Part shown: in pieces, positions 49,240 to 64,000 of the stretch
How positions within the stretch are numbered: position 1 is the first letter of the stretch
Layout of the letters: each line of letters opens with the position of its first letter
DNA from: the human T2T-CHM13v2.0 reference genome, Homo sapiens
NCBI RefSeq assembly: GCF_009914755.1
Contig: NC_060925.1
DNA length: 64,000 nucleotides
Strand: one strand, 5' to 3'
The notes under the pieces: generated by a model
Told to the model about the DNA's origin: nothing
Seen by the model: the letters and a program-made list of their open reading frames with translations, nothing else
Database searches by the model: none
Position numbers and translations under genes: made by a program

Positions 49240-49640
49240 AGGGATGCGGCCCCTTAGGCCGCAGGGGTTCTCTCACGTCTGCGGTACCCAGAGGTTCCGC
49301 CCCCTCCCCATTCTCCTCCGAACCCCCTCCCCACCCCCAGCTGCTGCTCCGCCGCCAGACTCCCCACCCCTCTACCTCACAAGCCGACGCCCTGCTGCTC
49401 CTACTGGTCAGTGGGGACTGGAACACCACAGCCGGTCGGGTCACGCACTTCGTCTTCCTTCACTCGCGGAGGCTCCGGCACTGACCTGTGACCCCTCCCG
49501 CAACCGAGTAAGATGGCGCCACCGGCGCCCGAGTCGCGGAAGGAGGGGCGGGGCCACTCAGTGACGCCCACAGCCTGCCCCGCCCTCTTCCCGCCCCTCC
49601 CAGGTCCCTAAAACCCAGTTCCGGGACCCACCGCTGAAGG
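49240..49640 (-). promoter_or_regulatory. RIT1: RIT1 CpG-island, TATA-less promoter
   Basis: Only CpG-dense non-Alu block in the window. GC box GGGGCGGGGC 49545-49554, more CCGCCC boxes ~49579-49596, YY1-type AAGATGGCG 49510-49518, half-CRE TGACG 49562-49566, ETS core TTCCGG 49619-49624. Confidence 0.85.
49376..49482 (-). other. RIT1: RIT1 non-coding exon 1 (5' end approximate)
   Basis: Inside the CpG island; donor GAG|GTAGAG at 49375-49374, followed by a G-rich intron start. Confidence 0.7.
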
Positions 49641-50271
49641 TCCTCTGGTCACCTACCCAACGTAGGGTGTATGCACTCACAGACAAGGGTATTTAATCAC
49701 GAGTAGAAAGTAAATTATTTACACAAAAGGGAAGGGAGTACGTGATAAGAGACATGCAGGGACACTTAAATTAACAACTTACCGAGGGTTGTTTGCTGCT
49801 TGTGGGAAAAAAAAAAACCCAAAACTAATTTGACCCAATGTAATGAGAGGAAGGGAGGACAGGGGCACCCCCCAAATCCTCCTAAAACACAGGATTTCAG
49901 TCAAGTCTACCGGGGATGACTACTCATAGGAGAAAAATGACTTTCCTAAAGGAGCGGCCACAATGACTTTTGCTATTGAAACCTAAATTCATTCTCAGAA
50001 ACCAGATGTTCACAACACTCCCTAATCAGAGTTCTGTATGTATTTTAAACACGTATAAGACACACAAAAACTTGTTTTAAATAAATGTACCACACTCTGG
50101 CAGGAAAGAGAGCTCTGAGTTAACAGAGGCCTTGAGTTAAATACAGAACTGAAGCGCAGCCACTATAACCATATTCCCCTCTATTTACGTAGCACAGGTG
50201 CTAGAAGAAACTGACACGAAAATTGTTCTCATGCAGCTCTGCCTACCACTGTTCTTTTTAAATGTCTTTCT

Positions 50272-50911
<640 letters not shown>

Positions 50912-51169
50912 TCATGAAGTCCTTTTAATACGCTGTTAAATAAAGGAGGGCTAAAATATGAAAATGGAAAATATCCAGCATAATAATCCTTAACCTTTTC
51001 ATTTGAACTTTAAGGGTACATTTTGCAGTTACATAACTCTGGGAACTATATGCAAACCTTGGGGTCTGTATATGTATTTTTCTGGTAATGTTATAGTTGC
51101 ATTGTGCTATGAGTAAAAAAGTTTATGAATTTCAGTGTATGGATGGGTTGTGGAAGAAAACAGAGAAAC

Positions 51170-52253
51170 CACAAGCAGAATATTTATAGATTTATTTATA
51201 ATGAAATTATGGTCTAAATATTTACAACATATAGGAAACCAGAGGATAAGTTTATACAAAGCCAGCCTGCAAAGTATTCAAATGTGCAAAAATGACAGTT
51301 CAATATCTCAAACTATTCCTGGTTCAGCAGACTAGCTCCTTCACTTTCACACATCAATATTTGATACAAAAAGTTATTTTGGCAAAATCTGTAATGCCAA
51401 GAAAAAGGACAATTTGCAATTTCAGTCATTAAGTCCAAAATCCTATAGCCAGCAGTCAGATCTCTCTGTTTTAGCTGCAACCAGTTCTGGGAGAGAGAGA
51501 CCACTGTATTTCATTTCTGTGATGAGTTCTGACCAGTTTTAGTCAAGAAGTTTTCTCTGACCCAGCTGAAGACAGGATCTTAGAAGGGCAATAAAAACAG
51601 TAATGGCTATGAGACCAATGTGCCTGAAGGTGCCAGCTTTGGATCACCCCAATTAAAAAACACAATGAAAAAATAATTTCATTTTCCTATCCAGGATCCA
51701 GCTATATCCAACAGTTTTAAATGAGACAGCATTTTCCAAAACAGAAATAATCCAAAACAAAACAGGGATGCAGATCTGTCAGAATTAAATACTGAAAAGG
51801 ACGGTCTTAAAATCATTTCCCCACTAATAAATAGTAAGGCTCTGTTTGTAACCAGTTATATATCAAAATTGACCAAACAGTAGTAAAATACAAATAAAAC
51901 TTTCTTTATGTCAGAACTGGGGCTATTCACCTGGAAAAGGCTGACCAGGTCAAATGTGTATGGGAACGACCCTGTTAGGATGCTTTGTTGGACAAGCACA
52001 TTTCACCAACTGTTAAAAAGCTTCTGAGATAAATTTGTGATTCTAATTAAATTTTAACAGATTCTATGCCACTGCAGAAATAAGGATTTTTGTGGTTGTT
52101 AAGGAACCCCTTTAAGAAAGGGGGGCACTGAATCTCTAACTTCTGCAAAGGTCCAGATGGTTCCCAGCACAGGCCCCAGAGTCTTGTTAAATCAAATGCA
52201 TGCATTATTGCTAAGAAGAGTCACTGAGGGTCAAAACTCTGTTCCACTGTTTC
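51170..52253 (-). other. KHDC4: KHDC4 3'UTR
   Basis: Follows the stop; minus-strand AATAAA at 51191-51196 with a GU/U-rich downstream element. Confidence 0.8.
51191..51196 (-). terminator. KHDC4: KHDC4 polyadenylation signal AATAAA
   Basis: TTTATT on +; downstream on - reads CTGCTTGTGGTTTCTCTGTTTTCTT (GU/U-rich). Confidence 0.8.
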
Positions 52254-52553
<300 letters not shown>

Positions 52554-53120
52554 TTAGTTGGACACCATTTTGAGGTCACAGGGTCAATGGTCACCCAAAA
52601 ACGTTGAAGATCACACGAAAAACAGCACCAGCATCAGCAAATGTGAATCCACCAGAACCATGTAAGAAAACAGAGAAAGAAAAAAGAAACACAAAAAAAG
52701 AAAAAAAAAGAAAAAAAGGAAAGTTAGCAAGTGAGTCTCTTGAGGGCTGATATTTCACCTTTTAAAGAGTTAAAAGAAAAGAAGTTAAGAAAAGAAAAAA
52801 ACGTATTTTCTTCTGTTCATTTTTATGAGTACAGGCAAAGAATAAAATATCCCATGTACCTCTACAGGATTTAGAGTTCTGGAATGCTAAAAGGCAACAT
52901 TTTCCTAACAGCCACAAACTGACCATTACTGACCAATAGAGTTATAAGGGGAGGTGTGGCTCAGCTCCCAATATAAAGCAAAATCAACCTTTATTAAGTC
53001 CGTATCAGATGACCTCCTGGTATTCACATAATATAGGCAACAGGATTTTGAAATGACCTACCACTCATTACTATTCACTGATGCTATGTATAAAATAAGT
53101 CGACTAACTCTTTTCTAGAT

Positions 53121-53939
<819 letters not shown>

Positions 53940-53958
53940 GAGAAAACTAATAGCTTTA

Positions 53959-54144
<186 letters not shown>

Positions 54145-54756
54145 TTAACTTATCCAGTGGATTAGAAGTGCAATTATGTCTGCAGACAATCCTTCAAATT
54201 CATTTTAACCATTAATTTCAACCCCTTCCACCTTCCCCCAGCCCCTTTATAAAAGTATAAGGCCTGTCTACACAGCAATTGCCATGACAAAAATCGAATG
54301 AACTGTTATAGAAAGATATCAGCTCCTTTCTTATGAAGGTTAATATACTAATATAAGAAAGGAAAATTCAAGCACTGTGTGGCAGGCTGAACTCCCACAT
54401 TCATGTACTTCCATCCATGATATTCTAATGACTCTAAAGTAGCAAAAATAGCTGAATTATGTAACATTTCTGTTACTGTCTACCCTTAGGAAAATGGCCA
54501 AGATGCAGACAATGGAAGTCAAGAAAGATGTCTGAACAAGTAATAAATTATTCAAAACCGAATATAACTGCTTCTAAATCTGTAAAAGGCCTATCATATT
54601 TTACTTCATTGCATCAATTACAACAAACAGAAGCATATTTGATCCAAAGATTTCATTTCAGTTTCAGAATACTTAAGCTCATAGCAATGATCATTACTCT
54701 CACTAATGGTGCAAACAAATAACATCTGAATACATTTGCATAATTATTCCAACTTA

Positions 54757-54870
<114 letters not shown>

Positions 54871-55625
54871 CTATGAGCAGAAAAATACAGTGGCATTAGC
54901 AAATCTACAACTGCCGTATTGACTTTAGCTCCTTAATGTAACTGTCAAGTGCCTCATCTTTCTGATAAGTTGTAGTACGTTAAACTACTACAAAGCTCTT
55001 TGGGATCTGCTGTGTAACTGTAGTCAAAAGTAGGGATTTTTTTTTTTCTCTATAGGACTTGGACAGGGGTGTTATAATTCATTATGCTATCTATGGCCTG
55101 TTTTTAACTGACTGCCCATAGCTCCACTAGTTTCTATAAACCTAGCTAGAAACTATAAAAAAATGCTTTGGTTTAAAGAATGATTCAAGGATTCTGGCAA
55201 AATGGAAAGGTACTTCTGATAAAATTGCACCAAAACTACAAATTAAGAATCTTTTTAACTTTAGTGGCTAACTTTACAATTACATGTACAGAATCACTCC
55301 TTTTCTAGCAGTCTTGAGGGGTGGGGAGACTGGAGGGAGATATCACTCTCTTTTTTAGGTGGAGGGTAAAAGAGAGAGCACCACTGAAAGCCAAGGTTTT
55401 AAATACAAACCACATACTGGTAGATCAAGAGCTTTGAGTGAGATGTATAAGAAAGTAAGAACTCTCAGAGGCTTTCAAGAGTCTGTTGAATAGGATAAAA
55501 AACCTAACCAAAATGAATTCCAGAAAGCAGAAATCCTAGTACTGGGAGAATGATGTGAATTTATCTTTTTTAAAGGGAGAATATAGTAGAAGAATAAGGT
55601 GAAGATAGGAAAACAGGGTATTTTA

Positions 55626-55871
<246 letters not shown>

Positions 55872-56330
55872 TTACAATATACTTTAAGGATCAATAAGTA
55901 TCATATGAATTTTGCATCTTCAGGTCCTTAGTTTCCTTCATGTATAATTTGGTAACATTATCACCTAAGCCTTCTCACCTTCATCCTAGGGAAACATGAA
56001 ATTGACAACCTATATACAGTGCTTTGAACTTTTAAGAAAACTCTGTTATGCATTTGGGCTACTAGGAGTAAACATGACCATTAACAAACAGAACTCCAAC
56101 CACTGACAGTCGATGTGATTAGCTTTCTGTAATAAGCTTTCTGTTATTTATAAATGCTGCTAATGCTTGTGGAAGAAGCAATTTCATCTTCCACTCCCTT
56201 AGTTATCACTAAGCTACTATGTCAAGATTAAGTCTAATGTTTGAAGATGTTGTTCCAAAAAGGAATAAGGGGTATCAGAAGACAGTATATATTACAGAGG
56301 AATAGGCAGGTCTGAAGAGAAAACTCTATA

Positions 56331-56906
56331 CAGCCATGCATTGCTTAGCAATGGTAATACGTGTTTTGTTTTGTCTTGTTTTTGAGACAGAGTCTCAGTC
56401 TTGCTCTGTCTCCCAGGCTGGAGTGCAATGGTGCCAACTCGGCTCACTACAACCTCTGCCTACCAGGTTCAAGCGATTCTCTTGCCTCAGCCTGCCGAGG
56501 GACTACAGGCACGTGCCACCATGCACAACTAATTTTTTTTTGTACTTGTGATCCATCTGTCTCAGCTTCCCAAAGTGCTGGGATTACAGGTGTGAGCCAC
56601 TACGCTGAGTGGGAATATGTTTTGAGAAATGCACTGCAAGGCAATTTTGTCATTTAACAAATGTGTACTTATACAAACTTAGATGAAAATAGCCTACTAC
56701 ACACCTAGGCTATACGATATGGCCTATTCTTCTAGGCTACAATCCTGTATAGCATGTTACTGTACTGAATGCTGTAACACAATGGTAAGTATTTGTGTAT
56801 CTAAATGTAGAAAAGGTACAGTAAAAATATGCTACTATAATTTTACAGGACAAGCATCATATGTGCAGTCTATCACTGACTAAAACGTTGTAAGGTGGCT
56901 GACTGT
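56331..56906. mobile_element. Tigger3-like DNA transposon interrupted by an internally deleted Alu (56362-56609)
   Basis: Ends CAGCCATGCATTGCTTA.../...TGACTG; internal TAGCCTACTACACACCTAGGCTATA and CATGTTACTGTACTGAAT motifs. Confidence 0.75.
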
Positions 56907-57104
56907 ATTAATAACACAGCTAACGTTTACTGACAGATTGGATCATCTTACTTAATCCTTGCAAACCTCTGAGATTTTTATCACTGTGCCCATTTTACAT
57001 CTAAGGAAAACCAAACCCTAGACAGGGCAAGTTACATCCCAATATCACACAGCTCAAAAATGGGAAAGCAAGATCAACCCTGTCAATCTAATTCTAACTC
57101 CCAG

Positions 57105-58935
<1,831 letters not shown>

Positions 58936-59057
58936 GTTTCCTTCTAAGATTTGAAATGCTAACTCAGTTCCAATTACTGAGAGGTGTGGTGAAGGTAGCC
59001 CCATTCTCCTTGAGGACTTTGTTAACACTGCAAAGGTAAGGTTAGGCAAACAATGGC

Positions 59058-59270
59058 CAAGGGTATGGCAAACTATGACTGTGGCCTGCCACCTGTTTTG
59101 TAAATAAAGTTCTACTGGAGTACAACAGCTATGCTTATTCATTGAGGTATTATCCACGGGCTGCTTCTGCACTACAACCACCGAGTGTGATAGTTGTGAC
59201 AGAGAATGTATGGCCCTTAAAGCCTAAAATATTTGCCATCTGACCCTTTATAGCAAGTGTGCCCACCATC
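59058..59270. mobile_element. MER58A-like hAT-Charlie relic
   Basis: GGCAAACTA..GCCACCTGTTTTGTAAATAAAGTT..AAAGCCTAAAATATTT..CTGACCCTTTA. Confidence 0.75.
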
Positions 59271-59347
59271 CCCACTTTAAACAGCTATTTGGTGTGCAAG
59301 ACTTGTGAAAATATAAACTTCAGGATGACATACACACATACACACTA

Positions 59348-59875
<528 letters not shown>

Positions 59876-59992
59876 TTACCCTAAATTAAAGGGAACATTA
59901 ATAGTGCCCTGGCACAGTCTAGCCTCAAGTATCATAGTTACACATAACTATCACTAGCAAAATATTTTTTAAACACTTCAAGATGTACACAC

Positions 59993-60050
59993 CTGGTAAA
60001 GGTACAGCAGTATTAATCTGATTCACAAATCTAGAGTATTCAGCATGAAC
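59993..60050 (-). CDS. KHDC4: KHDC4 exon
   Basis: tttcAG / GTgtgt flanks; encodes VHAEYSRFVNQINTAVPLP; 58 nt. Confidence 0.93.
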
Positions 60051-60198
60051 CTGAAAGAGAGGGGGAAACAAATTAACATGGGACAGCCGAAGCTGTGCAT
60101 TTACAAGGGTCTGATTACATAATTCTAGGACCAAAGCCATTAGGAATTAAAATATATCTACCAATGTTCCAATCAAATTTAAACTTGTTTAACCCACA

Positions 60199-60578
<380 letters not shown>

Positions 60579-61057
60579 CACCTCAACATTTTAATAAGGC
60601 AAATCTATAAATTATTAAGCCAATTTTGGGAATTAGGAGAATAATCCTGAATCCCCTAAACCATACTCAATTCTGGGGTACAGAATCATTTAGAAAGCCA
60701 CAGAAATTAAGTAACTAGGAAATTTCCAAGTTGTTAGTATAACTGGTGAGACCTCAATTCATTCACATTTACTGGGTGACTTTTCCTCAAGGAGCTCACA
60801 TTTAGTAAGGGTTTCGTATTTTCCTCATACTTCCTTCCTATATATTATTAAGTCCATAACCTCAAGTACCAACAAAGATGGGAAATAGTCAAGAAAATTA
60901 TCCGGTACAAGGGTTGGTAAATCAGGTGCTATGTACAAAAGTAAAAAAACAAACAAAAAAACCAACCATGAGCTACCCAATAAGGCACCAGAGAACACAA
61001 GGTTGAACATATTCAGTGCAAAACCTGATTTCCTCTAAGTGCTATAAAGACAGTCCT

Positions 61058-61343
<286 letters not shown>

Positions 61344-61499
61344 CTAAGGTTTAACTTTTGGTTGTTTATAGAATAAAAAGAATGCATAATCAAATGAGCA
61401 ATCATCCCCCAAACATGTCTAACTGGTTTTAAATTATTATAGTTCTACCCTTACTTCAGACTGGAGTTATGCTAATACAAGCCAAAGAAAACCAACACA

Positions 61500-61684
61500 A
61501 TGACCAGGTGCTAGGAGAGAGGAAAGGCATGGGATGATTTCTCTCTCAAAGACTCCAGAAGGAACCAATTCTGCCAGCACCTTGATTTCAGACTCTGCTT
61601 CCTGGACTGTGATAGAATAAATTTGTGTTATTTTAAGCCACCCAACTGCCATAACTTGTTATAGCAGTACTAGGAAACTAAACA
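61500..61684 (+). mobile_element. MLT1-type (ERVL-MaLR) LTR 3' fragment
   Basis: CCAGAAGGAACCAA..CTGCCAGCACCTTGATTTCAGAC..AATAAATTTGTGTT..TTTAAGCCAC..ATAGCAG..CTAGGAAACTAA. Confidence 0.8.
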
Positions 61685-61760
61685 GGTGAAAGAAACAGCT
61701 AAGACATACTCCAAAATGGCAATTGCTCTTCTGAATGAGTATCAGACAAATACAACTCAC

Positions 61761-61821
61761 TGTTTGCAAAAGATTCTCACAAAGCTTCTTGGCAGCAGCC
61801 AGGCCTTCTGGTTTGGGGTGA
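61761..61821 (-). CDS. KHDC4: KHDC4 exon (end of second KH-like domain)
   Basis: ttgcAG / GTgagt flanks; encodes (S)[20 protein letters not shown]; 61 nt. Confidence 0.94.
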
Positions 61822-62169
61822 CTGCAAAGAAATAACCAGGAATTCAAAGGAGAGAAAAATAAATAAAAGATGCAGAATTCTGCTTTCATTTTCCATGCTA
61901 TTTTACATATCTACATTAATACATTCACTGTAGCTCAAATCTAGGCCTCTGAAAATCACAAAACAGAAACACAAAACATAAGTCTTTTAAGATATAACCA
62001 CTATCATTACCACAAATATTTTATTAGTCTTTCTCTGAGTAATGGTACTTCTCGATATAAAAATGTTTAAAGTTCATAAAATTACTATAAAACGTATTAA
62101 TATTGACATAGGTTTAAATGAAAATTATTTCAGACTTATCACAGCTCACTTTAAGATTTGCTTTTTTTT

Positions 62170-63597
<1,428 letters not shown>

Positions 63598-63704
63598 AAT
63601 TCTACAATTTCTTTAACTAATTATAAAGTAATTACTCCTAGCATTTATCTAAATCCCTCATTACTATTAATTACACCCAGTTTTCTCTTGCTCCTTCTGA
63701 ATCA

Positions 63705-63998
<294 letters not shown>

Positions 63999-64000
63999 TC

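Noticed and set aside
48827-49564. ORFs across the RIT1 promoter on both strands
   Set aside because: Expected in GC-rich CpG islands; low-complexity translations.
55128-55155. 9-bp inverted repeat TAGTTTCTA/TAGAAACTA
   Set aside because: Short and AT-rich; expected by chance in 64 kb.

Overview
Human (primate) genomic DNA, recognisable as the SYT11 - RIT1 - KHDC4 (KIAA0907/BLOM7) neighbourhood of chr1q22. The + strand carries SYT11 exons 2-4 and a ~3.7-kb 3'UTR; exon 1 lies upstream of the window. The - strand carries the complete RIT1 gene (5 common coding exons, two alternative first exons, CpG-island promoter at ~49.2-49.65 kb). It also carries the last 8 coding exons of KHDC4, with the H/ACA snoRNA SNORA80E (ACA42/SNORA42) in an intron. 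All exon phases join into the expected proteins. Roughly half of the window is Alu (often nested), plus MIR, L2, L1, MaLR and DNA-transposon relics; nearly all ORFs in the supplied track are Alu artefacts. No new protein-coding system was found. The best leads concern RNA processing and genome dynamics: (1) a SYT11 GT/GC tandem donor in a predicted intronic stem, which decides whether a C2B Ca2+-ligand Asp is encoded; (2) a 281-nt AG-free zone with a distant branch point in the last KHDC4 intron; (3) a KHDC4 weak donor overlapping a stop codon and AATAAA; (4) a ~400-nt polyadenylated retrocopy inside an Alu linker in RIT1; (5) an AluYa5; (6) a templated 138+15-bp local duplication. Gene and repeat names come from recognition, not database searches, and repeat boundaries are approximate.
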